Assembly (NCBI RefSeq): GCF_006345805.1
Contig: NC_043003.1
Coordinates: 95,170,001 to 95,234,000, forward strand
DNA from: Octopus sinensis
Taxonomy: Eukaryota
Length of the DNA stretch: 64,000 bases
Direction: 5' to 3'
Shown one piece after another: positions 1-13,563 of this stretch (position 1 is its first letter; each line of letters opens with the position of its first letter). The position numbers and the translations under genes are program-made. A model generated the notes under the pieces. It worked only from the letters and a program-made list of their open reading frames with translations. It searched no databases and was not told the origin of the DNA.

Positions 1-501
1 TTGTTCTCTGCGCATTTTCAGAGTTTATTGCTCCCGACTTCCTACGCAACCGCTGAGCCTGGATGCACATTCATCCACCTGTCGATGCTCTCAGTGTCGG
101 GGATTGACCTGCTTTCTCTTCTGCGGGTCTTACGAATAGCAAAGGACCACATTTCGGACTTCTCCCATCTTGCGAGCTCTGGGATGAAGACCGTTCGCTC
201 AACAGCAACAGCAGCAACAACAACATAATTTCAAGATGTTTTATTAACTTGCACCACTAATTTCTAACTTTATGTGTTAGAAAGGAGAGTGAAAGTTAGA
301 CTAACTTTCATGGATATTGTTATAAAGGATGGAGAGTTGGCTGGCAGTCCAATTTTCAAAATTTTTCCTGATAAGGATAATTTAATCAATTTTGTCATAA
401 ATCTATTTACTGTTCGTGTTCATTCATTGAGTATGATATTTCTAATATATAAAGGTGGCAAGCTGGCATTGTTGATAGAATGCGTTATTATAAGTTGTTA
501 T

Positions 502-735
502 AAGGTGGCGAGCTGGCAGAAACGTTAGCATGCTGGACGAAATGCTTAGCGGTATTTCGTTTGCCATTATGTTCTGAGTTCGAATTCCGCCAAGGTCGAC
601 TTTGCCTTTCATCCTTTTGGGGTCGATAAATTAAGTACCAGTTACGCACTGGGGTTGATGTAATCGACTTAATCCATTTGTCTGTCCTTGTTTGTCCCCT
701 CTATGTTTAGCCCCTTGTGGGCAATAAAGAAATAA
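502..735 (+). mobile_element. tRNA-derived SINE, family A (octopus OR-like); many further copies in window
   Basis: Head GGTGGCGAGCTGGCAGAA..GTTCGAATTCCGCC (A/B-box-like) followed by body GGTCGACTTTGCCTTTCATCC; same body recurs at about 23290-23490(-), 27180-27340(-), 33452-33680(+), 34340-34557(-), 39618-39845(+), 60005-60175(+). Confidence 0.8.
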
Positions 736-1472
736 GAGTTGTTAGAATGCCAAGCAAAATACTTAGCAAGTTTTCCTCGGCATGCTAACAATTCTGCCTG
801 ACTTTTTGCTCTGAGTTCAAATTCCACGAAGGTCGACATTGCTTTTCATCTTTACAGGGTCAATAAAATAAATACCAGTTGAGTACTGGGGTCAGTGTAA
901 TTGACTTACCCACTTTCCCTAAGTTGCTGGCCTCGTGCAAAAATTTGGAGTCAATACATATATTTATTCTTTTACTTGTTTCAGCCATTTGACTGTGGCC
1001 ATGCAGGAACCCGGCCTTTAGTCAAACAAATCAACCCCAATATATATTGTGAGTTCAGCATTTTGTTTCCCTGTTCTAATCCTACTTTAAAATAAGTACT
1101 TAATTTTTCTCCTTTCTCAATTACTTTTTCTTTGAAAGACAAGGATTCCTACATTGGTTTATGTTGTTGTTGTTGATATTTAGCGATAGATCAGTTCTAA
1201 TTAAACAAATAAAAAAGCATATCTTGATTTTGTTAAAACTTATGCTTGTACATATATGTGCATATGTCTATGTATTCGTGTGTGTGTGTGTGTAAGCATT
1301 TGTGTGTGTGTCGGTGTGTGTGTGTGTGCGTGCGCACATGCATATGCATTTGCTAAGGATGAATTGAGCCAGCCACTGAACCCACAGCTTTGCAAACAAA
1401 AGCCAAACGTGCTTGGTACATAATGATCTTCTGACATGGTGCTCTTCAACCGGACACAATTTCAATGAAAAA

Positions 1473-1756
1473 TCTTTATATATAAAATTGAAGTTGTGTA
1501 TGTGAGACTCTGTCTCCTCCGAATTAGATTCCTAACTACTCCCACATTTTGTGGTGCAGTTTAAACAAAACTGGGTATCTTATAGTCGTCATTCATATTG
1601 AGCCCTTCTGGGTATTAGCATGCGTCTACGATGAGTCTACGATTTTCCGCATTTTTTATGATTTTTGCTCGGGTTATATAAGGGAAGTAACTCTCTAAAA
1701 ATGCTTATCTAGTTATTTCCCTTACAAACCCGAGCAACGCCGGGCGATACTGCTAG
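1473..1756 (+). mobile_element. Non-autonomous Helitron-like element
   Basis: Starts TC(TTTATATATAAAA), ends CTAG, inserted between A and T, subterminal hairpin CCCGAGCAACGCCGGG, no TSD; second copy at 12404-13186. Confidence 0.75.
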
Positions 1757-1788
1757 TACCATATAAATGATGACCAGATATCAATTAA

Positions 1789-2008
1789 ACTTTTAACATT
1801 CAGGTTACTCAATCAAATATATTCCTTATTTATTTATATTGTTTTGAATTAATCATGCATTATCATGTAGCTTTGAGATTTCAATTAGGTGTTTGTTTAT
1901 TTTTAGAATGAAATTGTGGGATAGGTGTGAGCGCCTGCTTCTAGTCAGTTTGATTGTAGAACGGGTAGAATACTTGGGTGTGATATGGTTGGTTTGAATA
2001 CTAAAGGG
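1789..2008. mobile_element. Degenerate piggyBac-type MITE (inverted relative of 4847-5055)
   Basis: Ends GAATACTAAAGGG; internal sequence is the reverse complement of the 4847-5055 element. Confidence 0.5.
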
Positions 2009-2149
2009 TCATATTAATCCACATTGTCAGCTTTTCACCTTGTTATTTACACCATACTAGGAGGGGTTCTGGCACAAATGCATCATGGATGATGGAGTGC
2101 ATGGTCAAAGCAACAGAGGTAAGCTTTGAGCAAGAATTTTCAATTAATC

Positions 2150-2552
2150 CAGGAGTGGCTGTGTGGTAAGTAGCTTGCTAACCAACCACATGGTTCCGGG
2201 TTCAGTCCCACTGCGTGGCACCTTTGGCAAGTGTCTTCTGCTATAGCCCCGGGCTGACCAATGCCTTGTGAGTGGATTTGGTAGACGGAAACTGAAAGAA
2301 GCCCGTCGTATATATGTATATATATATAAGTGTGTGTGTATATGTTTGTGTGTCTGTGTTTGTCCCCCTAGCATTGCTTGACAACCGATGATGGTGTGTT
2401 TACGTCTCCGTCACTTAGCGGTTCGGCAAGAGAGACTGATAGAATAAGTACTGGGCTTACAAAGAATAAGTCCCGGGGTCGATTTGCTCGACTAAAGGCG
2501 GTGCTCCAGCATGGCCGCAGTCAAATAACTGAAACAAGTAAAAGAGTAAAAA
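2150..2552 (+). mobile_element. tRNA-derived SINE, family B (octopus OK-like); further copies in window
   Basis: Head GGAGTGGCTGTGTGGTAAG..GGTTCAGTCCC, CORE-like GCACCTTTGGCAAGT, tail AAAGAGT repeats; copies at about 10640-11075(-), 20990-21378(-), 27580-27975(+), 34925-35310(+), 55185-55600(-). Confidence 0.8.
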
Positions 2553-2679
2553 AGAGTAAAAGAGTAACCATCATCATCATCACCGTCACCACCACCACCA
2601 CCACCACCACCACCACCACCACCACCAACACCACCACCAAACCACCACCACCACCACCACCATCATGATCATCATCCAG

Positions 2680-3060
2680 TGTTTTAAATCCAGGTTTTTG
2701 TTCCCGTAAATGTGAGTGGCTGGATCTACCTCAATGCCATAGCAACTGTCTTCATACCATCTCCCCATCCTGCCCAGTTTTGGGGCGTCCTCCTTTTTCA
2801 AACCAACTCTCCCAATCTCCTCTTCCACCTGTCCCCTCCACCCTTTCCTTGGTCTACCTTGCTTTCATGCTCCATTTACCTCAAATGCAATCACCCTCCT
2901 CAGAACATACTCTTCACTCATCCTCAACACATGCCCATACCACCTCACTCCATTGCCCTTGCCAACCATTCCACCGATTCCTGCAACCCTAGTAATCCCA
3001 TCAAATCCTCAGTCCTCCTCTTATCAAACAGCATTAATAATAACCTGTGTCTACAATCAA
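2680..3060 (-). mobile_element. RTE LINE 3' relic
   Basis: Minus-strand translation gives YGHVLRMSEE..GRPRKGW..VEEEI typical of the RTE ORF C-terminus, with stops. Confidence 0.65.
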
Positions 3061-4711
3061 TTTATCCTTGGCTTCAAGTATACCTTTGTTATGCCTTGAG
3101 GAGTAATATACTGTATATTCAGACATATTCCTTTATCATAAGAGATAGTTTTACTCTTTCCATCTCCCTAATGATCTGGACAGCTTTACCAAGAGCATGC
3201 AGAGTTCTAGTGTTCTAATTTCTTTGAGTTTCCTCCCAGCTTTCACTCAAGTATTTCATGTCTTGTTCCTTTTACCAGGTTAGGAACCACTGCCTCTCCA
3301 AGGTGTTGTGGATTGTTCTAAGCGTTTGAAGTTTCTGCAATCAGAAGTTTAAAAAAAAATTTTTTTAGGGTTTTTTTTTGGCGTGTAAAAGCACCCATTA
3401 CACTCTAGGAGTGATTAGTGTTAGGAAAGGCATCAAGCTGTAGAAAACCATGCCAGATCAGACTGGAGTCTGGTGAAGCCTTCCAGTGTGCCAGCCTGGT
3501 CAAACCATCCAACCCATCCAAGCATGGACAACGGATGTTAAATGATGATGATGATTTGGTAATTAGCTCAATGCCCTAAATTAAAGACCTGAATGGGGGT
3601 TGGTTTTCTGCGAGGGTTTTCCTTTCCCTGCACGATTACAACACTGCTCATTACTCATGGGCTCCATCTACCAGGCATTTGAAATCAGAGTTTTCTTCTC
3701 CTGTGGGGTTTTATGTCCACCATGCCTCATGCCCTGAGCGAACATCCACATTGCCATGGCATGGAGATGCAACTCAGTCAAAGCACAGTAGTTGTTCTTC
3801 CTCTATACTTACCATTGACAGTTTCTATCCTAGCGCAGTACTTTGGCAATGGTGATGGTGTTGTGGTGGTGGTGGTGGTGGTGGAAGGGAGCTGGTGTCA
3901 GTGACTTTATGGATGTTTCTGTTATTTTATTTTGTATAATCATTTTTATGTTAGTCTAGATCGAGTGGAAAGAAAGGACAGTATTTTTATACTAAACAGA
4001 ATGATGTCTAGATCTTTAATGTTTAATGAATTAAAGAAAGCAGATCATAATCTAGAGTAATTATATGGCTTCAATAAAGTGTATGGCATTAACAGACATA
4101 TTGTATAATTGTAGCAAAAGAACAATTCATATGTGAAGAAGAACTTAGGTGTTTCCCTACTTAAGAGAAATCATTTGTTTATACTATACAGCTATGCTTA
4201 TTATGTAAAACTAGAAGTACTTGTTATATTTAGATACTTTAGTTGAGAAACTCTTGTCTTTTTGTAAAACACAAATATTTTTTTTATATCTGCAGACAAA
4301 CACAAGTGTAATTCCATAGCTGTGAACTTTGGTTCCTTATCTAGTCATTCCATGTTCTCTTTCATTGTCTGTATTTTGAACAAGAGAGTATTTTACAATA
4401 GTAAGTTCAAGCCTGAGGAACGGCCTTGAGTATTTGGAAAATGTGTGGAGATACAATGGGCTTGGGTCCTTTTGGTGGTGGACCTAATCCACTAAATTGC
4501 TTTACACCACCGTTTGACTGATGTAGTTTGTTAATATAGAGCCTATCCCATTTCAGAACATTCAGATAAGATCTTTGGTCTGTAATAGCCTAATACAATG
4601 ATGCACTGCTTCCTATTGCTACAACACATGATTCAAATTTTCTTCTTCACTTACCCCACCACCACATCCACCACCAGTCTTGTAAACACAGCAAAAATTC
4701 ATGGACATTGC

Positions 4712-4840
4712 TCTTCTTCTTCTTCTTCTTCTTCTTCTTCTTCTTCTTCTTCTTCTTCTTCTTCTTCTTCTTCTTCTTCTTCTTCTTCTTCTTCTTCTTC
4801 TTCTTCTTCTTCTTCTTCTTCTCCTCCTTCTCCTCCTCCT
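4712..4840. repeat. (CTT)n/(CCT)n microsatellite
   Basis: Long pure trinucleotide tract; source of poly-S/L/R spurious ORFs. Confidence 0.95.
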
Positions 4841-4846
4841 CATTAA

Positions 4847-5055
4847 CCCTCTAGCATTTATATCAGCCATATCCTGCCAAAATATTCTGTTCAAACTGGC
4901 CAGATCCAGCTTCTCACACCTATCCTACAAGGTTATTCTAAAAATAAACAGTCATGTCATTGAAATCTTGAAGCTAAGAGATAATTCATGATTAATTCAA
5001 AACAATATGAATAAATAAGCACTACATTTGACAGAGTAATCTGAATACTAAAGGG
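4847..5055. mobile_element. piggyBac-type MITE
   Basis: TTAA|CCCTCTAGCATT ... AATACTAAAGGG|TTAA: TTAA duplication and 12-bp imperfect TIRs. Confidence 0.8.
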
Positions 5056-6582
5056 TTAAGCTGTCAAAGAATCAAATGCACTTGCTTTATATATGATGTA
5101 TATGTGCATGTTACAAGTGAAAAGCCAAAATAAAGGTGAAATGACAAATCCAGGAATGACAGAACATGTGTGATACCAAAAATAGAAATCCTATAACTCC
5201 ATGAAGGTAAGATTTCTTTCACAGGCAATGAAAAAATAAAACCAGAAGCGTAATTAAGATTAATTAATTTTTGTGTTAAGTTCAGTTGACATGGCTTTCA
5301 CTAATTAAAATTCATTCAACTATTACTTATGTTGATTGAATATTGCTTAAGACAATTGAACATTTATCCATGTCATAGTGAATAGGACCATTGTAACTGA
5401 CTGGAAAGAAAAGCCCATGTAAAAAATTCTTTTAAACTTTCTTGAAATTTATGGGATTTATGGAATTAAAAGTTTGGAAAATTTTCTATGTACTGGTTTT
5501 CTAATATTCTTTGCTGTAGCTGTATTATTGAGGTTTGCAGCAATCATGGAAGTAGGGAATTTATAAATTGTGTTGGTTACTTTTGCACAAATCATATTTT
5601 TTGTTGTAGTTGCTTTTTCTTATAATCTTTAGAGCAGAGAGGTCCAGTAGACTAACAGAATGGTTAGATCATAGCAATCAATGCCTTGCCATATTCGTTC
5701 TGCCTCCTTAGCTTCTAAGTTCAAAACCTCCTGATGAAGTGATACATATGATGGACTATTTGATTAAATACCTTCTCCAAACTATAGGACAAATATGAGA
5801 AGTTTAACACAAAGATACATTTAAATATGCCCATCCAACTTAATTCATTTTCATTTACAAACACACTATAAGCATTTATCTACCAATATACTGCATCCTC
5901 TCTCATTGGCTAACAAATTTATTTCTCACCCATCACTACTTTGGAATCCAATATCAACTACCAATCTAATCTTTTAGATTAATTTCTTTAATTAACAAAA
6001 GAGAAAAATATTAACCAATACAAATGCACATATCCCATGACGAAATAACAAAACTTTCCTTTCTTGCATAAAAAGACAGCCAAGTAAAATAAATATATAC
6101 GATGCATTTGGAATGGATCTTCAAACAATAGGAAAGCTATCTAAGTGTTTTCACCATTAGTAATTGCCAAATACAAAATATGAAATACAAAACAGAGAAA
6201 ATGTTACAGAACGTACTTTTGCTGTTGTTTGTCCCCGGGATGCAATTCATATGGGTTATGCTTTGAGCAAAATCAAATCAGATTCTTTGAAAAGGAAGAA
6301 TTCAAGGATGTGAGCGACAATAGCAATTTTACAAGCCTTGAGGACAGCTTGCTTTTAAAATACTTCATTCACATTGATATTATGTTTCAGCTTTGTTAAT
6401 TGTTAAAAACAAATAGATTATAGCTTGCAGGCTTGAATACTCACAGGCTGTCCTTTACAATGTCGCCTTGAATTCTGTATTGTGGAAAGATATAACCATA
6501 GCAGTATTGCTTTCTTTTTACTTTTGTCTTGTTCAAACTGTGTGGGATAATGATGTGGAAGACGACTATTATTATATTATCA

Positions 6583-6619
<37 letters not shown>

Positions 6620-6644
6620 CATTATATTATTATCATCATCATTG

Positions 6645-6682
<38 letters not shown>

Positions 6683-9600
6683 TTTATTATTATTATTTTA
6701 ATACTTTTCTTTTCAAGCAAGTTTCATTTTGTTTTGAAAATTGAACAATAAAAAATAACTTCATTGAAAATTTGCTCCTTTTAAAGATTTGTTATTGGTT
6801 TATTGTGTTCTTTTGTTTGCAAAACATCAGCAAAGCTGCAAGTGGCTGGTCAATTCCTTTGTTTTCACATCCCATGGAGTAGGGGTAAACTTTTGAAATT
6901 TTTTTTTTCTCAAGATTTTATCTGAAAAAATCCAAAAAAGCACAAACAGGACATCAATATGTGTGTGGCCAGTAACAAAAGGTGGAAGTTGGAGATGATT
7001 CAGCTGCTATCCAGATCTTTCTCTTCATTACATATGCTGATGAAAGCTTCTCTTTCGCCAGTTGTCAATGCAGCCAGCCCCATCAACAATACAATGAGTT
7101 CTGTTGAGGAGGAAAAGGACAGCAGTAAAACAACAATAACAAAAACAGCAGCAACAGCAACATACCAAATTGCAAGAATAACAATGAAAAAATAAAAACA
7201 AAAAACAAACATGGAAATAAGAAGAGCAACAATACCAACAATAACAACAGAGACAGTTGCATGTCCAGCAACTATGAGTACATTAATAATAACAACATGC
7301 TGAGCAGTAAAAAAAAACAGCAACAACAATGATAACAATACCTGAATTACCTTTCTTTAATGACCAATGATTCAAGAAAGGTAACTGAGACAGTAGCAGA
7401 TGATGTGACCACTGTGATGTTGACCTGCAATACCATTCTGTCCAATAACTGCCACCACCACCAGTCACTACCACCATCACCACCACCACCAACAAAAGCA
7501 ACAACCACTGTCACCACCACCACCACCACCACCACCAAAAGTAACAGTTGTTCCATAATTACTGCAACCACTGCTGTCACAGCCATATTCACTGTGGCCA
7601 CCAGAACGACAACCAGCAATAACAGGAACACAACAGCTACAGCAGAAAGCATTTCAAAATCCAACTCATTTTTTATGAGCCACAAGAATATCAGTGCCAT
7701 TGGACTTCTGGTATGAAAGTTCAAGGGTACTAGTGCCACTCAGTAATATTAATCAGTCTTCAACATTTTTGAAACCCAGCATCAATGATTTAGCTTTTGT
7801 GAGGTTACATTTGTTGACATGCACTTCAAAGCAAATGTAATTTAAAATACTTAACATTTATAATGTGTGTACAAACGTGGAAGAGCACAAGTTGTGAATA
7901 ATTTGAAATCATTTGTAACCATATTCTTTTATCAAATATATTTAATGCTTTGGAACAAATTCACTGTTCCAGTACCTGCACTCCCAGCTTTTTGCACTTT
8001 TATATTATGCCAATCTGTTCAATTTCTATATATAGTAAACTTATAATAAATGTGTCATCATAGTTACCTTCACTCCAGCATTAAGCATCTTGAGAATAAA
8101 TGTAGATTCATAGCAAATAACAGTTTGATTGAGAGGCATCTTCAACCATTGCAGTTGAGTAGTAATCCAAGTTGTTAAATGTGAGGATAAGGCTAACCAC
8201 ACCTGTATTACCTTTGTAGTGGATGGCTACCAAATGTCTAAACCAAGATTCAAAATTGAATCCACATTTTCCTACAAATCCTCAGCCTATTGTTCTCACC
8301 TGTTGCACTTAGAGATTAATGAGAATAAGCTGACCTCTTAAACCTTCATGAAGCATACTAGGGTCAAAACTGATTAAAGGGGAAAATTCCTTTGTTTTAC
8401 CTTGGCCTAGTGTGGTTAGGAAAAATATAAATAAGTAAAGCCAAACTGCTTTCATTCTCTTTTGTTGCTGCTTCTGATCAAAGGGCACATCTAACTTTAT
8501 TCCAGTACTGATGGAGAAGTAATACCTTTATATGTGGGACAACACACTACTTATAGTCTCTATTTGCTAAGACCTTCTTACTCTATCTCTAGTAGTCACA
8601 CACAGATGAATTTACTATCTACACAATGGACCGTAGAACTAAAGGCAATTTGTTTACTGTAATGACATAGAAACTGTGTACACAAACAACTTGAAGCAGT
8701 TGTATTTTCTATATTGTAACAACTATGATAAAAATAATATATATAAAATGGCCATCTCAACATGCAATTAATATTGTTCATCTTCATCTCCAATGCATAT
8801 TGACATTATAACTGGTGACTCCATCATTACACCATCAGAGATTGCTAGGAGTGCACAGTTTCAGTTTCATTCAAATACTGTTTGTTAAAATATTGAACTC
8901 ATAGATACTGTTGACAGACAGAAAATAAAATTTTGAAGCAAAATCTTTTACGGTATTTCCAGTTCCTTTTATTCATTGAAGATTTAAATATTTTGTTTGT
9001 AAACTGATTCTTTTCCATTTCTTTATATTATCAACTACACTTGTCACCACGAACCACTCCTTTTGAGTTGTCAGGGTGAATTAATGCAAAGGTATCCTGA
9101 TAGAGGAGTAGTGGAGAGATTGTTACCACAGCATGTACACATGTCACCAATGTGTAAACTAGCTGAATGGCTGAATAAACTAACAAATACCTATGCAAAC
9201 ATTATGCTAATGAAAACTTTTAAAACTGTCATTACAAATATTTAGCATACATTTTCTGTAATTATATTTAAATTCTATATTCCTAATATAACAAAAGTAG
9301 ATTAATGTGAGAGGCCATTAAGTAAAGTATAATTGCATATGTGCGTGTATATGCATACATACATCTCCCTATCGCCATATACATGTAAGGGTTGTACTGA
9401 AAGTAATGCATAAGTGGGCACAACATTTTTATTAACTGACATAGGTCACTCAAATTGCACATGTAAATGTAGTAACCTTTCTAGGAAGTCTTCTTGTTCT
9501 TCTTCATTCCAGACATTTTTTTATATTATTGCAAATGGTCTTTGTCAAAAGAGAGCTATTGGTCAGTCCCTTGAAGTTGTCATTACTCAATTTGGAAGGT

Positions 9601-10862
9601 CTAGATGTTGATTTTAAAGATTTCTTAACTGGAAGACAATGAACTCTAGTTACAAATTTTTGATACATACCTGTTACATATCTATTCCATCAGTCATGAT
9701 TAACATTTTTTAATAAAATTATTTCTTTATTTGTCTGTGGTTTTATCAGAACAATAATAGTGGGAAGACCAGAACTTTTGGTGATTAATTATTGGACATA
9801 CATCTAAATGTTCACTTAGTGAAATCTGTTTATTATTAGACTCTCATATTTATTGCAAATGAATTGTGAGTTTGGTTCTCAAAGAAAGTTTTGTTTGGTC
9901 TATGCAAAAATGTTTGGATGAACAGATGGATCTTTTTTTACAGTGAAGATACATCCTGATTTAAATTTGAGATATAATTTCTCTAAGGTTGATACAGGTT
10001 CTGTAATTAGGGGAGCTATACTTTTTGACTATTGGAGTCTTGTTTTAGTGAGTAGTTTGGCACTCATAATTCCTTAAAAATTGCCCATTACAAACTTCTA
10101 TTCTGTCAAAAAGATGAAGATGATTCCAATGGGTCAAAGCAGAAGAAATTAAAGTAAATGATTACTGCAAAATAATGCACCACAAAATATCTTCAAATGG
10201 TTCATATTAAAAATATGGCTGAGTTCAAGTAAACATATATCTTCCTTCATAAAGGAGTACAACATGAATGATGGATAATAGGTTGAAAGTGCATGATTGT
10301 GAATATAAGCAGCTGAAATGGGGTTCCTCCAAAATATCCCTGGAGTAACGTTACTCAACAACAATACAGGATAAACCATTAAACAAAATGAGTATCTGCT
10401 TAGAGCATCAAGGGAAAGGGGGCATCACAGAAATGGTAAATGGTTTACAATACAAATGAAATCCCTTTAAACTTGCTAAAATAATATTCAAAGCAGTTTA
10501 TATGATTGGAAATATAATTTCAAAGTATTCATGGTGCCATAATGCGAATCTGATTAAATACATTGCAATTAAAAAAAAAGTGGGAGACAACTTAAATATA
10601 ATTAAAGTGGAAGTATACAGAAATAGGCCTTTATTTTCCATCTTACTCTCTTTACTCTTTTACTTGTTTTAGTCATTTTACTGTGGCCATGCTGGAGCAC
10701 CGCCTTTAGTCGAGCATATCGACCCCAGAACTTATTCTTTGTAAGCCTAGTACTTATTTTATCGGTCTCTTTTGTTGAACCACTAAGTTATGGGGACGTA
10801 AACACAACAGCATCAGTTGTCAAGCGATGTCGGGGGAGGGGGACAAACTCAGACACACAAAC

Positions 10863-10907
<45 letters not shown>

Positions 10908-11149
10908 CATATATACGATGGGCTTCTTTCAGTTTCTGTCTACCAAATCCACTCAAAAGGCTTTGGTCAGCCCAAGGCTATAGTAGATGACACTTGCCCA
11001 AGGTGCCACGCAGTGGGACTGAACCAAGAACCATGTGGTTGGTAAGCAAGCTACTTACCACACAGCCACTCCTGCACCTTACTGTTAGTTTTGTTTCATT
11101 TTGAAAAATTAAAATTCATGTTATGGTTTATTATTGTTTATATTTTGAA

Positions 11150-11535
11150 TACATATATATGGGGATACCAAAATCTTTTAAGTACATGGGGCCTCTTTGG
11201 GTCTGAATCCGGCCCTGCTCAACAGGTTGCATAGGTTGGAGAACAAAGAGTTTCTCCACATTATACCAATACTTCTCCACACAGAGAAGTCACAGATAAG
11301 GTATTACAGACATGTGATTAGAATGTCATTGGAAAGAACTGCAAGGCAGTTTTTTCAAGAAGCTTACAGGCAGAAGATCTAGGGGTCAACCAAGAATGAG
11401 ATGATTGGATAAAATCCAAAGTTTCAGTCGCACTTGGAAATCCAACTAGAAAGTCAAATGGTTGATGGTTGCTTCTGATAGGGCCCTATGGAGGAGCTGC
11501 CTAAGGACCCTATCTGAATAACCCTCCTAGGAATA
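11150..11535 (+). mobile_element. RTE LINE 3' relic
   Basis: EKSQIRYYRHVIRMSLERTARQ followed by frameshifted GRRSRGQPRMR. Confidence 0.6.
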
Positions 11536-11824
11536 GGCAAAGAATATGGTTGCATGAGTACAACATATTTCAAACAATTTGTGTTTTAAACTCAATGTGC
11601 ATGTATGTACAGCAAAGAGCACGCGCACGTGTGTGTGTATGTGTATGTGTATGTGTGTGTGTGTGTGTGTATGAATGAGTGTGTCCACTTCTCATATTCT
11701 CTGTGTGTCTGTATGTCTATGTTTATATGAGAGAACGTCTTTGCTGACATGGAATAAATACAAGTTACTTCTCTTTTGAAAGAATGAGAGAAAAAGAGAA
11801 TGTGTGGTGTGTGTGTGTATAAGA

Positions 11825-11901
11825 GTGAGAGAGAGGAGGAGAGAGCAAGAGGAAGAGAGAGAGAGAAAGAGAGAGATGGAGAGAGAAAGAGGAAGAGAGA
11901 A

Positions 11902-11952
<51 letters not shown>

Positions 11953-11953
11953 A

Positions 11954-12045
<92 letters not shown>

Positions 12046-12060
12046 AAGAGAGAGAGAGAA

Positions 12061-12095
<35 letters not shown>

Positions 12096-12107
12096 AAGAG
12101 AGAGAAT
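11825..12107. repeat. (GA)n/(GAAA) purine microsatellite
   Basis: About 280-bp polypurine tract; source of ER-repeat spurious ORFs. Confidence 0.95.
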
Positions 12108-12403
12108 GTCATTTCTGTTATGTGGTTTTGTATACTAACAGACTACACTGCAACAATCTCTGATTAGAGCATGAATATGTGATATTTTATAATGAACAGT
12201 AGGTACAAGACGATCTGTCTGCAAAATCAAATGGCACCAAAAGGAAACAGACTGTCTGCAGAAAAAACAAAATAGCTAAACATGTAACATCATTAAATGT
12301 TTGCTGTTACAATCATGAAAACAAGATCATGTGACGAGTGAAATTTAATATAACAAGTTACTCTTTAAGATTATATACAAAATCTGTCAAGAGAAATATC
12401 AAA

Positions 12404-13186
12404 TCTTTATATATAAAAGTAAGGTTGTGTGTCTGTCTCCTACGATTTAGATTCCTAACTACTCCCACATTTTGCAGTGCAGTTTAACCAAAACCGGGTA
12501 TCTTATAGTCGTGATTCATATCAAGCCCTTCTGGGTATTAGCATGCATCTACGATGAGTCTACGATTTAAAAAATAATTTACCATCATTTTTTTCCATTT
12601 TAATGCATTTTTTTCGCTATTATATAAGGGAAGTAACTCTCTAAAAATGTCTACGATGAGTCAACGATTAAAAAAAAAATTTAACATAATTTTTTTCCCA
12701 TTTTTAATGCATTTTTGGCTATAACTCTCTAAAAATTTGAAGATATTTTGTGGTGCATTATTTTGCAGTAATCATTTACTTTAATTTCTTCTGTTTTGAC
12801 CCATTGGAATCATCTTCATCTTTTTGACAGAATAACAGTTTGTAATGGGTAATTTGTTGCTGTTAAGCAATTTTTAAGGAATTATGAGTGCTAAATTACT
12901 CCATAAAACAAGACTCCAATAGTCAAATAGTATAGCTCCCCTAATTACAGAACCTGTATCAACCTTAAAGAAATTATATCTCAAATTTAAATCAGGATGT
13001 ATCTTCACTGTAAAATCCATCTGTTCATCCAAACATTTTTGCATAGACCAAACAAAACTTTCTTTGAGAACCAAACTCACAATTCATTTGCAATAAATAT
13101 GAGATTCTAATAATAAACAGATTTCACTAAGTGAACATTTAGTTATTTCCCTTACAAACCCGAGCAACGCCGGGCGATACTGCTAG
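12404..13186 (+). mobile_element. Non-autonomous Helitron-like element with about 408-bp internal insert
   Basis: Same TC..CTAG ends and hairpin as 1473-1756; internal about 100-bp subrepeat duplicated; 12735-13142 is an inverted copy of 9804-10198. Confidence 0.8.
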
Positions 13187-13563
13187 TTATATATATATAG
13201 AAAATGAACTTTACTGATTTGGTGGAATCAGTTTCAAAGGCTTGTCATGAAAGATGAAAGGAACTTGCTGATGGTAGAAGCAGTGCCACTATATACACAC
13301 ACACACAAACACAAATACATATTCTCTCACAACATACACTTATTCATGTATTCATATATCTTGTTTGAGTCATTGGACAGCAGCCATACTGGAGCACTGC
13401 CTGCAAAGGTTTAATAAAATAAATCAACCCAAGTACTTATTTTTTATGTCTGGTAAATATTTTATCAGACATTTTTGTCAAACTGATACATTATGGGGAC
13501 AGGAACAAGCTCACACCAATGGTCAAGTAGTGTGGAGAACAAACACAAAGACACATACACTCA

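Noticed and set aside
1-230. GC-richer stretch at the window start as a possible exon
   Set aside because: No recognisable protein in any frame, and it ends in a (CAA/CAG)n tail; more likely part of an interspersed repeat cut by the window edge
502-580. tRNA-like A/B boxes here and at other SINE heads
   Set aside because: They run into SINE bodies and give no complete cloverleaf, so they are not tRNA genes
6210-6540. Plus-strand exon pair reading RTFAVVCPRDAIHMG..MLEYSQAVLYN with matching phases
   Set aside because: The upstream acceptor region is A-rich with no pyrimidine tract; strand asymmetry favours minus-strand splice sites
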